Origin: Calcarisporiella thermophila CBS 279.70
Taxonomy: Eukaryota > Fungi > Calcarisporiellomycota
DNA: 64,000 nucleotides
Reading direction: 5' to 3'
Assembly (NCBI RefSeq): GCF_041956535.1
Contig: NW_027192210.1
Span: 504,021 to 568,020, forward strand
Shown: piece after piece, positions 29,239-42,755 of the stretch
How positions within the stretch are numbered: the stretch's first letter is position 1
Layout: each line of letters opens with the position of its first letter
The notes under the pieces: generated by a model
The model's input: only the letters and a program-made list of their open reading frames with translations
Told to the model about the DNA's origin: nothing
Databases searched by the model: none
Position numbers and translations under genes: made by a program

Positions 29239-29881
29239 ATGGTGAGTGTAAAACATCATTAAAATGTATTAATGGATGGATAGATGGATGAAGAGATGGA
29301 TAAGGTGGATGGATGAATGGGTTGAATGAGTGTAAATGATGAAAAGGGTGTAATTATAAAGGAGTATGGATGGAATGATGCACGATGTGGACAGCTGATT
29401 TTTTTCATCTAACAATACTGAAATCTGCATCTCTTCTATTTTTATTAGGCCAAGAAGGAAGCCGCTGCTAAACCCTCTGGTGGTTCTAACAAGAACAAGA
29501 AGAAGTGGTCTAAAGGAAAGGTTAAGGATAAGGCCAACAATGCTGTCGTTTTCGACAAGGTCGCTTTCGATAAGCTGCACAAGGAAGTTCCTACCTACAA
29601 GCTCATCACCCAGTCCGTCCTAGTTGATCGGTTGAAGATCAACGGCTCCTTGGCCCGTATTGCCATCCGGGAGTTGGAAAACAAGGGACTTATTAGGCGG
29701 ATCTCGACCCACGGATCCCAGCTGATCTACAGTAAGTTCTTTTCTTTTTTTTCTTTTTTAATCCAAACCTAAGCACTTAATTATCTTCAATCTAGCTCGC
29801 AATACTGGTGTGGAGGATCTCGTTGTTGAGCCCACCGCAAAGGCTGGCAAAGGCAAGAAGGCAGCTGCTGAGGATGAGTAG
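29239..29881 (+). CDS. RPS25: 40S ribosomal protein S25 (eS25); 3 exons, first exon is only the ATG
   Basis: [59 protein letters not shown]; missed by the ORF track. Confidence 0.97.
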
Positions 29882-30469
29882 ATGCAGAACTACATTTTAT
29901 TCTTTTCTCTTGTGCAAATAAAACAATATAATCACGTACTGTCTCTTGCCTCGAAAAAGTATATGAATACGAATTATATCTAGTATGATTGTATCTGTAT
30001 CAGTGTTGCTCAGTATTCGCCACCAACGAAAAATAGTGAAGAGTTTAGGACGTAAACTGAAAGGCAGTATGTTGTATGTAAAATGGATACTAGCGCATGC
30101 AAATCATATATATCGATAAGTGCTTTGATATTTTTCTCCAACACATTTTGGAGCAGATAAAAGTGTAACCGAAAGTGCTTCTCTTAAGGGCACATTGGAC
30201 ACAAACAGGATATTCGATTTTTCTGATATTAGTTCACTTTAACTACAAGGCCTTGCTTGTGTTGCATAATATAAGAGGAGAGGAATATTAGTAGATAACA
30301 GTAGCTTGCTGTTTTATAGAAAACCTGGAGAATCATACAGCTTAAGAATTGTAAATGTAAAATTTAACGATCAAATGTGATTGTACTATAGAGAAATTAC
30401 AAAAGTCTTGGAGTAATTCTCAATGGAAGATGAATCTTTTTCTTTCATTGTTCACAACAAGATTCCAGA

Positions 30470-30795
30470 TTATTTTAGATCCTCGTCATCAAAATCATCT
30501 TCAAAGTCTATCGCAAAAAAAAAGCGAATTAGTTTTGTAAACGTAATCAGAAGCAACGTCAATTATCCACCATTATAGAAATCACTATGCACAATTCGCT
30601 CGTGTACCCTTGATATTCTGCCTATAATCTCATCACGACCGCTCACCATGGAAGAGGGAGTAGAATCCATCAGTTCATCCAGATCATCGGTGCTCATAGG
30701 ATCGAAATCTTAAATGAGGTTAGAAAAGTATATTAATATAATTGTATGAAAATGAACAAATATATATATATGGATTTACCTTCGATTTGTGACAT
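30470..30795 (-). CDS. COPS9: COP9 signalosome subunit 9 (CSNAP/MYEOV2), ~63 aa; 3 exons
   Basis: Spliced product ends HERIVHSDFYNDFEDDFDDEDLK*, matching the CSNAP C-terminal motif (V)HxDF(F/Y)NDFEDxFDDxD; missed by the ORF track. Confidence 0.85.
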
Positions 30796-32422
30796 TGATT
30801 AGGAGGAGAACGCGAATTATATGCTATCGAATTTATTATCTATTTTCTTTCCGTGTAATAAATGAACGTGTGACTTAATAATCAGTCAAATATGACTTGA
30901 TGTACATTCAAATTTCATTGTGTATATCTTGGTTATCTCGAAATAATAATAACAGGAAAAAAAAAAGGCCTACATGCGTTCTAGACTAGATATATTTTCA
31001 CTTTTATTAGAAGAAAACTGACATCAATTAAGTCCGGGTAACGGCTCAATAGAGCTCATTGTAATGAAAATATATTCTTATACAAATTCTTGAGTGAGAA
31101 TAAAAGGTATACGAAGCTCAGCCCCCCATAAAGAGGGTCTTGTCACAAAACAACTGTCATTAAACCCTCTTCCATACTATTAGGATATTGGATAAACCTT
31201 TTTAATGGCGTCAATACTATAAAACTGTGAAGATAGTCCATCCTTGCAAAGATGTCACCAAAGAACTGCAAAGGGGATTAAAACTCATCAGAAGTATTCA
31301 CAACCTCATACCAGCATAAACTAGAGAGAAAGGCATGGAGCGTAAAACACAATTGAAATAACGCACTCGCACTTGTTTGAGTGCCTTCATATACGGCACT
31401 TTTTGCCGAGTGTTCACCAATTTCCTTGACGCCATACCTTCAGATATACTTGTCTGATTCACTCAACATAAATATTCTATAATATAGAATACAAGGACAT
31501 ACTATGTTTTTAGGATATAACCGGTAGAGGGTGGTGGGTTGGCTCTTCTAGGGTAATCCTGTGGGTTCTTGTTAAGGCATCTTAGGGGTACAATGGGAAA
31601 TATTGAGAGCAGAAGCCCTTTATTGGTGGTTTAATGTAGTGTTAAATTTTGATTATGATGAAGAGTAAGAGTTTGCCTTCTTTAACTTCAATGGTTTAAT
31701 AAAGCTATTATGTAATGCACTTATGGTAGCTCACTGCCCAAAAAGACCATAATGTTTTTCATGTGACCTCATGTTGGATCGTTTAAACTTGCACAGTGTC
31801 CAGCATCCAAATCGAGTCATATTTGACTAAATAAAACAAAACACGTCACAATGCTAATAGCAAAACAACTATTCAGTACTATCTATTCAAGAAGAGTTTC
31901 AAAGACTTGCTGTCTTTAGCTATTCTTTGTATGGCAAGATTGTAAGTCCTGCCAGAAATCTTCTGGATCTTCTTCAATAATGCCCGGTATAGCGAACCTC
32001 ATCAAATTGGGTTTATAGCGGATGCCAACTGGCATTGCACTGCGGCGCTAAAACAAATACATGCAAAATAGGGCCTTGTTTCTGACATATTATGCCCTGA
32101 TCAAATGGCGTCAAATTTGGGAGACTTGGCATTCAATTCGTAGAGGATATAAGATATAAGAACTATAATAATGCTTGAGGATATGATACGATCCTATTCT
32201 CGGTCAGCTCTATCATTGAAATGAGCAATGCTCTTTCCGAATAATTAAGATAGGATATCTTGAATAATATGATAATCCGGTCTGTATAGCTCTGGGATTC
32301 TGAAGGATAATAAAGGATTTTGGAGAAAACATATATTTGAAATTGTTTTGGGTGTAGCAAGGTACATTTATGTAATTTTTCTAGTCTAACAATAACAGGG
32401 ATTAATACATAATGTACAACAC

Positions 32423-32968
32423 TTATTCCTTGAGTTTCTGGATGAGCTCCAGCGATGCTTTGATATGTCCTTGAATGTCCGTCATGGAGTTGAAATAGCC
32501 CTTCACAGTTCCATCGGGTCCGATGATATAGGTGGCTCTACCAGGTAGCAAGCCAAGCGTATTGGGGACCTGGAATGCCTTACGAGCTTCGCCCTTGGGA
32601 TCGGCCAACAACGTGAATGGGAGTCTCCGGTTAGATGCAAAGGCCTTGTGAGAGTCCACAGAGTCGGAAGAAATTCCAACGACCTCAGCTCCATGCTGTT
32701 GGAACACTTCGTAGTTATCCCTAAATGCGCAAGCCTGAGCAGTGCAGCCCGAGGTTTCGTCCTTGGGATAGAAGTAGATGACGGCAGATTTGCCGGCGAA
32801 GTCATCGACCAGGGTTACCTCCTTGCCGTCTTGGTTTTGAAGCTTAAGGCCGCGTGGAGCGGGCTTGTTGAGAAGGGCGTGGGAAGACATGGTTCGAGTT
32901 AATTGCTGTCGAAAGATTAGCGAGGCGGGAGAGAGAGAAGGATTTTTGAAGAGTAAGGAGAAATGCAT
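32423..32968 (-). CDS. Peroxiredoxin of the BCP/PrxQ (Dot5) class; intronless
   Basis: YFYPKDETSGCTAQACAFRD (CxxxxC), VVGISSD, LPFTLLADP, GLLPGRATYII. Confidence 0.93.
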   Translation of the reverse strand: MHFSLLFKNPSLSPASLIFRQQLTRTMSSHALLNKPAPRGLKLQNQDGKEVTLVDDFAGKSAVIYFYPKDETSGCTAQACAFRDNYEVFQQHGAEVVGISSDSVDSHKAFASNRRLPFTLLADPKGEARKAFQVPNTLGLLPGRATYIIGPDGTVKGYFNSMTDIQGHIKASLELIQKLKE

Positions 32969-33401
32969 AGGTCGAGGAGAGCGATCCAAGGGTTTTATAA
33001 ACCTCCCTGAGAAATACGCAGAACCATAGGGAAAGTTCTGTGCACGCGTCATATACGATTATTATCGGACTTTGATCGTTCGATTTTGAACACAGATTGA
33101 AGAGGAAAGTAATCATGTTTTTTGCGCGGGAGATTTTACCGAGAATCAATACGTCACAAGAGCAGTGCAGAATTTCCGGAGAGTCAGCCCTAATCTCTAC
33201 GCCCCCCTTATTTAGCCGATCCAAGCCGGAAGCAAGTTATCGGGTACCGCTGTGACATGTAATGTTGTGTGGTGGCGAAAAAATTTTTCTCACATAATAA
33301 GTTTTTCCCATTTTTTTTTTCCTGGTGAGAACACAAACCACCGCGCTCTTCTCTTTACCGCTCTCCATTCTGCTCTGTTCTCCACACTCTCACATGGCGA
33401 C

Positions 33402-34323
33402 ATGGCTAACTTGTTTGAGTTGGAACTCTTGGTCAAAGGCCCTATAACGGAGGACATGACAAGTAAGCGTTGCCTCTCGCTCTCTCCTTCCCATTGACTC
33501 TCTTGCGTTAACCCTCCATTCTCTTATTAGCGTACATCGCCAACATGGCTGCCCGTGTTCTGCCGTGTACTCCGGTGCGTTCTGCTGTCCTCCTTCCTCC
33601 ACTTCCAACTTTCCTCCGCATGCTTACCTGCCACATGCCCATCTCCAACGGCACCCTCTTCGCCACCCTCCCCCTACTCGACCGTCTATACCAACGCCTT
33701 CCTGCGGACGCGCACGGACTCGAATGCACTGCCCACAGGATTTTACTCGCGACGCTCATAGTCGCCAGTAAAGTAGTGAACGATACAGCACCTAGGAATA
33801 AAACGTGGGCGCGGGCTTGCCCATGGTTTGAACTCAAGGAGATTAATTTAATGGAAAGACAACTGCTCATGCTGCTCGTACGTGGTCTTATTCTTGCCAT
33901 TCCTCCCTCCTCAACGAGAGCATTTAACTTAATACCTCTTACGTTGACAACTCATAGGGCTATGATCTTAGCATAACCGAGTCGGACCTTCTACCCCACC
34001 TCTCTCCTCTTCTCCGCTTTTCCTTCGCCCTTCCACACTCTTGCACCTCGGGAAAGAAGCGCACAAGGCATCACCACCGCTCCATTCCACCCTCAGTCCC
34101 GCCCCCAAAGCAGCCTCTTCCCCCCATTCCGCGGCCTCCAAGGCCTGATACATGGATCGAGTCAATTACTCCTGAGGCTTCTGAGGAGGAAGATGCTGGG
34201 GCTAGGGTGGATACGCTGAGAGGTAGAACAAGAGAAAGAAGGTGGGAGGACACACGTGCATATATTACACCGCCTTCACCCTCGCCCCTCTCTGTCAACA
34301 ATAGCTCTGTGAATTTGATATAG
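33402..34323 (+). CDS. Pho85-type PCL1/PCL2 family cyclin; 3 exons
   Basis: LPPLPTFL, LDRLYQRLP, CTAHRILLATLIVASKVVNDTAPRNKTW, FELKEINLMERQLLMLLGYDL. Confidence 0.9.
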
Positions 34324-34721
34324 TAAATTATTTATTGTACATATTATCCTTTGATTTTTTTTAATATCTACTCTATCTATTATTTGTTGCTGTCCGTGTG
34401 TATCATTCATTTTCAATTGCCTCTTTCAACTTTGCTAGCTGTTTATTTGTTCGTTTTTTATTTTGTTTTTTCTTTGAAAGTGGAATTGAGAGGAGTTCTA
34501 TTGCCCTTGTCCTTGTTTTGCCTTCTATTTTCTCTCCCTCTAATGATCTTCTACTAACCTGTATATTAGTGCTTCTCTGGTTTATTCCAGCGGCTTTATT
34601 TCTATCTGAAACAGAAGGAATTCACAGTGATATTATTTGAATTAAATAATTACAAGTAATACAAAAATTGGGGAGAGGGGGATAAATGAAAGTTAGGAAT
34701 ACAAACTTCTGCGAGCCACGC

Positions 34722-35583
34722 TCAGGGGCTTGAGTGAGGCGGGGGAGGGTTACTTGCTATAGCCGCCCAAGAGTGGCCGGTGTGGTTGGCGGATATTCCA
34801 TCTCGGGGAAGTGGAGGTTGAGATGGAGGATGGAGGCTTTGGGAAGGTGGCCTCCACGGCATACTCGAGAAGTGCCTCTCTCTTCCGCCATAATATCCAC
34901 TTCTTCCACTTCTATCTTCATGGTGGCTTCTCCCACCATGATATCCTCTGTTGCCTCCATAGTGTCTTCTTCGACGAACCTCCTGGATAGGCATACGATC
35001 TAGTCTCTCTATTATCTCTCTAACCTCATCGGCTCCATATGTACTGGTTGGCCATGGCATTATTGTCATTACGCGATGAAAGCCTTCTTCAAGACGTGGT
35101 TCCCTAAGATCATCTACAAAGCGACGTAAGATTTCTATGCCACGCGGTCCCTCCACTCCAGTGGGATGATTTTGGCGACTAATAATTCTACGCTCACATT
35201 CCTTTGGTAAAATGAAGGGATTTTGATTAGTGATTGACGAAATGGAATGTCAAGAGATAAAGGTTTAATCCCACCTCATAGCTTGTTCCGAAAAATATGC
35301 ATTCCACGTTCACACCTGCATTCTGACCAATCCTAATCCATACCCCTCTCTGTCGATTATCGAAATTGCACCTATCTATCACGACATTATTCCTTGGCAA
35401 AGAGGCGCGTGCAAGCGATTCGCAAGCCTGGCGAGAGCCCAAATCATCCTGGTTGACGCGGACCCAATTAGGAAGGGCATTAACCAATGCGGAGGCAAAT
35501 GTGGACTTTCCACACCCAGGGGGTCCTACTAACACAAGAAGTCGAGTCGATGTTGCTGAGGGGAGATAGGGTGGCATATTCAT
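34722..35583 (-). CDS. P-loop (AAA_33/PNK-like) kinase domain protein with RGG-like low-complexity tail; 2 exons
   Basis: LVLVGPPGCGKSTF, WVRVNQDDLG, VVIDRCNFDNRQR, PRLEEGFHRV. Confidence 0.88.
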
Positions 35584-35750
35584 TCGGGATTCGAAGAGAG
35601 ACTCAGAGGAATTTATACTCGCTTCAGCAACCTACCATATTTGATGGAACAATTGAAATAGAGTAGGGTGTGACTGCCAACTCATACTTAAGGTCTTTTC
35701 CCCATCTCGATTCTCTAGAGTACCATTCATCCTTTAAGAGGTGGAAAACA

Positions 35751-37539
35751 ATGGCGGCGCCTTCATCCTTTGCCGCTTTCATATTTTACACGGGGCTTCT
35801 TCTTTCATTCTTTCTACTTCTTCTTGGCATTACCTTCACCTTCACTCTCCTCTTCGCACGCAGACATATAGCCCGAATTCGCTCTAAAACCCGATCCCGA
35901 CTCCTCGAGAGTGTTAAATTGGAGGGTGGTCAAGCAGGACAGCGAGAGCCGGTTGTATTAGGGTTATTTCATCCGTACTGGTGCGTATATGGAGTAGATT
36001 TCTAAGTCATGTTGAACGTCAAATGCTGACATGAATGAAAATATATACATATAGTAATGCAGGTGGAGGAGGAGAGCGCGTTCTCTGGTGCTGTGTTCGC
36101 GATGTGCTCGCAGCCTACCCTTATGTAGTTTGCGCGATCTATACAGGCGATACGGATGCGACTAAAGATCAAATTATTTCCCGTGCCAAAGTAGGCTTAT
36201 CCGCTCTATGAATCCCATTGGGATTTCAACATGTCTATAGTTTGCCTTTTTTAGGAACGATTCAATATCGAACTAGATACGGATCGAATAGTATTTGTGT
36301 TTCTTCAAGGAAGAAAATGGGTGGAGGATAAAAGGTACCCGCGCTTCACTTTGTTGGGTCAAGCGCTCGGGTCTATGGTTCTTGGGTGGGAGGCCCTCAA
36401 TTTATTAGTACCTGACATTTATTTTGGTAAAAAGCCTTAATCCATCACCACCCCCATTTTGAACTGCTCCGGCTAAATCATATCAATGTAGACACGATGG
36501 GCTATTCTTTCACGTATCCTCTTGTCAAACTTCTCTGCGGGTGCCCTGTAGCTTCATATGTGCACTATCCTACTATCAGGTTGATTTACTGGCACGCCAG
36601 CCTAATCCTGTTCCATTTTGATTCACATGCTAACGCAATTTTGCTTCTCCTTATTTTAACTTCTTCTATAGTTCGGATATGCTACGACGTATTAGTGGCC
36701 GTGTCTCCGCTCATAACAACCAATCCCATATTTCCAGGAATCCTGTTCTTTCCAGGGCTAAGCTAATTTACTACCACGCGTTCGCAGCACTCTACACTTT
36801 CTTCGGCTCTCACTCCGATGCCGTCATGGTTAATTCGAGCTGGACAAAATCACATATCGACTCCCTGTGGCATACAAACGCGCAAATTGTGTATCCACCC
36901 TGCGATACAGAACGACTTAGGAGAATAAAACTGGAGGGCGAGGAGCGGGAGGAAGGGATAATCGTGAGCGTTGCACAGTTCCGACCCGAGAAAGATCACC
37001 CGCTTCAGCTACGGGCGATCAGCGAGCTCGTGAAGCGATATCCCGCCTATAGAGAGAAAGGATTGAAATTAGTGCTTGTGGGAAGCGCGCGCAATGCGGG
37101 CGACGAAGAGCGCATCGAGGCTCTTAAAGCCCTAGCCACAGAGCTCAATATTATCGATCTTGTGCATTTTGAGGTGAACGCCCCGTACGAGAAGTTACTG
37201 CATTGGCTAGCACGGGGGCAAATAGGGATTCACACGATGTGGAACGAGCACTTTGGCATCGGGGTGGTGGAGTATATGGCGGCAGGATTAATTCCAGTGG
37301 TCCACAATAGTGGGGGGCCTAAACTCGACATCGTAGTTGAGTGGAAGGGAGAGCGGACGGGATATCTTGCTGAGACTGCCGAAGAATTCGCAATGGCATT
37401 GCACACGGTGCTCTCTATGCCAGAGCAAGAGAGGTGGCGGATGCGAGAAAGAGGAAGAGAGAGTGTGGTGAAGAAGTTCTCAGAAGAGCAGTTTGTAGAC
37501 GGGATACTGGAATCACTGGATGCTTTTTTGACGAGATAG
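35751..37539 (+). CDS. ALG11: Alpha-1,2-mannosyltransferase ALG11; multi-exon
   Basis: [72 protein letters not shown]. Confidence 0.97.
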
Positions 37540-37804
37540 CTCTAGACAATAACAAAAATATTAATCAAAGCGGCGGGGCCAGCAGTATTTTGTTGCTTTT
37601 ATCAATATTTCCCTTTAATAAACATAAATGACGAACTTTTATTCCTAAGAGTTGAAGAATCACCCCAGAAAAGATGAAATAAAATGCAAGCTTCCATTCA
37701 TAACATTAAGATTAAGCTGCCGCCCAGCACCAAAAAAGAGCAGGGTTTGACAGCACGCTGGACGAGGAGAACCAGCCTAGAGATAATTTAGTTTTGAGCA
37801 TTCT

Positions 37805-40800
37805 CTAGAAGGGGGCAGCACACACCGGCCACAACTTCAATTCCCATCCGGCCAGGTATTTTTCCCATGGCTTCCAACCCAATTCGCTCACCAGCTCACG
37901 CTTCATCTTCCAAGCTTTCTTCGCATCTGCCAGCGCCGAACCACTCACCTCCACGTCTGCCAAGAACTTGTTCAGCGCCTTTAGGACATTTCCGTAGCGG
38001 AGTGCACGTCGTTCGCGCTCAAGATAGGGTAGGAGGGCCTGCCAATCTGCAGAGGAAGGAGGTAGATCGGTCCACTGGCAGAGGAGACGGTATGTTGCCT
38101 CGAGTTCTTCGGCCTCTTTCCTCTCACCCTCTTGCTGATCGGTGCCTTTCTGGCAGAGATAGGAGAGAGCACGATGACGACCCCGCAGTCCCGCAATAAT
38201 CGCGTCTCGTCGTTTCTCCATCTCTTTCCTCTTGTTCTTCACCTCTTTACTCTCCTCCGCCCCAGAAGATTTGATCCCAAGGAACGCGGCAACTTCGTCG
38301 GGTGGACCAGCTTTTTCCACCACCATAGAGGCCGCCTTCTCTGCTCTCCTCGCGGTTTCCTCGGAGGGTGAGGCCTCGAACACTTCGAGGGCGACGTCAA
38401 GGTTGGTCATCAGTAGTGGGAGGTGGGTTGGATCGGAGTTGAGCAGGTCGGTGAGTAAAGCTTGTTGAGCCTCTCGATCGGAGGACAACTTCTTTGCATG
38501 GGCGATCTTCGCGTCCCTCACGGCATCGTTCAAGGCCTTTGCAGGGTCCTCCTTCTCCTTCTCGCCGCCCCGTCCTCCCTCGTCTGAGGGCTCTTTTGCC
38601 TTGATCGGCTCGGGTGGTACAACCCATCCGACCCGATATTCTCCACCTTCAATTTTACCTCCGCTACTACCCACTAATTCCATCCGTCCACACAACATAT
38701 CTCCCAGTTTGGCGTCCTTAGGCAGAGACGACCAGTCATTCGGCGCAGCAAAATAAACGGGCACACGAGAGCCCCTATCAAGTGCGCGTTTACCGAAGGT
38801 GCCGCTTGAAGCGGTAAATGCCCCTTGGACGTAGGAGTGGGCATCTAGAGACAACGAGCGAGGTAGATTAGAGTCCAGCAGGCACACCAACGACTTCAGC
38901 TTCTCTAACATATCCTCGACCTCTGAGGTCAACTGCATCCTCAGTGTGTATTCTCCTTTCTTTGGTAGCTTGATATTACGAGGATAAATATCCAGATAAC
39001 CCATCACTTGCCCACCCGCGTCAGTCAGGATACCAAACACGCCGCGCAAGAAGTGATCATACATGCGATCTTGGATGGCTGGGAATCGTGCGGTTACTTG
39101 AGTATTGGGCTCACTAGTCCTGAAGGTATAAGTCAGGACAAGGCCATATGCTTGTCGCGTAGTGGGTAGGACGTCACGCTCCTTGCTGAGTGGGCGAATG
39201 CTGGCGTCACTCGGCCGAATGGCACGCCGCAACACATCCAGCGTTATGCTAGGGTTGACATTTTCTTCAAAGCGCACTCTCGGTTCAACGTCGATGCGCG
39301 TGACCCCATCCCCGCCATTCAGTAAGATCCGGCCCTCTCCCCCTGCCGCACCGCCTGCCTGAGCCGCGATGACTTGCACCCCTCCGAAGGACAAGTCAAC
39401 ATCCAGTGTGTGCTCTCCAGGAGAAGACCAAAACTGGGCCAGGCAAATTTCTACCACAGTGTTGGATTGGAGTGCGAAGCGTTTCTTGTGCATATACATA
39501 GGAGAGGAAGGAGAGGCATAGGAGCCTTTTGCAAGAGTGAGCTCATAGGAAGTCTCGGTGTGAGTGAATCTATACACCACGTTAATAAAAGAATAATAGA
39601 TGAGTCAGCCAATTGGACCACGATGCTATTCTCGAGTCAAATATTCACCGTGTATGGGGAACCAACTGCATTACCCGCACCCAGAGTCTGGCGGTTTCTT
39701 CCGCCTTGTCTTGCCCTTTGTGCCTCCTTCCATCATTTCTGTTCTTCACCACTAGCTCACCAAACGTCGCTCCAGCAGGCACATTCACAAACTTGCGGAT
39801 AATTTCTCCTGGGCCGAGTTTGACACCCTCCCATTCTACTCTGCCATCCTCTGTTTGAATGCTTTTGAGGACGGTTACCGGGAGAGTGAAAACAGGGCCA
39901 CGCTCAGGGCATTTTGTGTCAAATGCCTGCACCTCTGCATAGTGCACTCCCCCGTCCGTGGGGAGGCACGTCGGGTCGACTTTTACAGGGAAATCGCGAC
40001 CTGAGCTTCCCATTGCCAAGAAGTCCGGGCAGCGAACCCAACTGGCCGTTGCGGTAAGAGCAAGTCGCATGTCCAGATCAAACTTAGTCCGGTTTGAGGT
40101 ATCTGAGGCCGGGATGGCAGAATCATTGGGAGAGAGTGGGTCGAGCATGAATACGGGTTTAGCAGAGCAGGTGAGGGTCTGTATACGCGCAGCGGCATCA
40201 TGTTCTCTCAGATAGATTCCTCGGTCGGATCTGGAAGGTAAACCCTAGCAATAACCATCGGATAATATTGTCAGTCTTTAATGCTAAACTTTTGAGTGTG
40301 TTATTTTGGGTGTTGGTGCTTACCGGGCCCATGCACGTTACGTCGAACATCATATCCAGTTCTTTATACTCCCGGAACTTCTCCAGGTACGCCCACGCCT
40401 TTTCGACTTGGATCAGACCAACCCCCATTGGGTCTCCGATATCTTTAGTCGTCTGCACCAACGCTGCCCTGACTCGGTAGGGCGTCCAATCCATACCCTC
40501 TGCTTTCAGGGCTGAAACAAGGAGGGCGACACAGCCGGCGCAATTTGGGCTTGACATGGAAGTTCCGTTCGCAAGCTGCGACTTTTGTAGTCCATACACC
40601 GGCAAGCTCGCAATAGCACTTCCAGGAGCATACACGTCCACACCTTTGTACCCATCCACCGTTGGACCACGTGAACTCCATGTATAAGCCTGCTCAGGAA
40701 CATAGTCCAGCAGTGCATATTCAGCCTGCTGTTGGGAATAGCTGACGTGAGCCCCCACGGAGATCATTCCGGCCCACATTCCTGCAGGTGCTCCGATAGT

Positions 40801-42415
40801 ACTGACACACGGTCCCTCATTGCCAGCGGAGCAGACAAAGATGCAACCAGGCAACCGCCCGATCACTTGTGTCCGTAAAAGCTTTGCAAAATAGCCAAAG
40901 GTAGGCAGCGAGGCAGCCTCACCATAGGACATATTTGCAACATCACACTTGTGAGTGATGAGAGCTTCAGCGGCACGAGCGAAGCCAGTACCGGTCTCCA
41001 GTGAGCCGAGTCGCGTGTCACCAATCTTAAGGGAGACGATCTAATTCAAAATAAGCGTTTTTAGAAATATAGATTGCGCAAAAATTCAATCTCGAGGATT
41101 CACCTGAGCGCCTGGAGCCATCTAAGAGAAGCAAGATCAAGCAAACAAATAAAAAATTAATATCCAAGGCAAAATAGGAAAAGCAGATAGTTTGAATATA
41201 TGTACTCCGTTTAATGCAGGCTCCTCGGGATGGCATGCAGCAACAATACTGGCAACGTGGGTTCCATGGGACCCCGCCATTGTAACAATACTTTGGAAAT
41301 TAGACACAAATTAGAGCTGCTACAAGTACACGATATAAACTTTAAATCACCTGACTAAATCACCATTATCATAAATATTCACGGAGAAGCTTAGTAAATC
41401 CTGGTTTGTAAACCGACTAAACTCTCTTTCCTTTCTGAAGTCTGTCAAGGGCTTTTGTGTCCTTAGATCTCCGTTTTCCATGGTATCGACCACAACCCGC
41501 CATGTCTCGCCATCATGGAATACAACAACATCGAATACAGGCCCTGCATCATCGTAGGATTTGAGGAATTCTTTCAAAACCTCGATGCGTGCCTCAAGAT
41601 CAGCCTTCTTGGTAGCGAGGGGTGAATCCGAGGGAACAGAGGGATTTGATTGCTCGAATGTGGCGAGTTCACTCCGGGCTTCAGCGAGTAGTCTATGATG
41701 CTCTATCTCGAATTTCTCACGGCGTTCCTAAAGATACAAGGTAGTAGTATTAGTGAAAACACACTAAGAGTAGTTCTCGAAAATTCTTTAATATTCACCT
41801 GAGTTAATCTCTTCACTAATGAAGAAGGGAAAAGTTCCCACGCTCTCTTGATGCCCAGTCGATATTCGCCCGTTGGATTCTTCCACTCTGGATTAAGTGT
41901 AAGTGTGCGCCCTGACAGGCCGCTGAGTATCGGGCACGACTTGCCATCTACCTCGGCCAAAGTCGGTTTGACAATAGTGGTAGTGGTAACATCACCTTAG
42001 AAATATTAGGTGTTAAAAAGGGTCGATTGGTAAAAAAAAAAGGGAACACTTGTATTACCAGAGCCAGTACAATCAATAATGTCCAATACCTTAGGCTTTC
42101 CCTCCGTCGTCACCTGCATGCCGGCAGCAGCAGGGTCAAGTCCTAATGATATCCGAAAATGGAACACTCAATTTTCTTCGATTATCTCACTTGTAAGCTA
42201 ATTGTCTTACCGGTGTCAAGAATCGCGACAACTATGCCGCGACCATCGAAGTTAGGATGCTTTTTAATGAATGAGGACGCTTCAGTGTCCTAATATAGAG
42301 ATCATTATTAATTTTGAATTTGCACTTTCCAATTGCATGCTATTCTCACCTCCTTTGGCATTAGCCCATGCACCGGGAACTCGGGAATGGGTCCAATGCT
42401 TGTAGATTTCGTCAT
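37805..42415 (-). CDS. TPP2: Tripeptidyl-peptidase II (S8 subtilase); multi-exon, includes an 18-nt exon (41104-41121)
   Basis: [63 protein letters not shown]. Confidence 0.96.
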
Positions 42416-42755
42416 TGCAAGGCAGAAATAGTGATGGGTTTCAGGTTAAAATTCCGTGCTATTTACAAAAGAAAAAACTTTCAGCGTTTAAATACTTTAT
42501 TTAAGCTGTAAGAGAGAGAAAAAAAAAAAAAGATTACGCGTATAATTGTCAATTCTTGCTCTTAGCTGAACCTCAGCCGAAGTGAAATTGAAAATTGTTC
42601 GCAGTACAAACTAAGAAAAAAAATTAATTAAATAGATAAGCAAAAATATTTCGATATGATAGATAGTATATAAAAGCAATAAAAAAAAGCAGCGTTGAAG
42701 GGAAATTAAAAGAAGAAAAAGTGGTGGATATCGCATGAATAAAGACTATTTAACA

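Noticed and set aside
31000-32400. Coding-looking fragments (e.g. MPVGIRYKPNLMRFAIPGIIEEDPEDFWQDL on the minus strand)
   Set aside because: Short, stop-interrupted, no recognisable family or transposon hallmark
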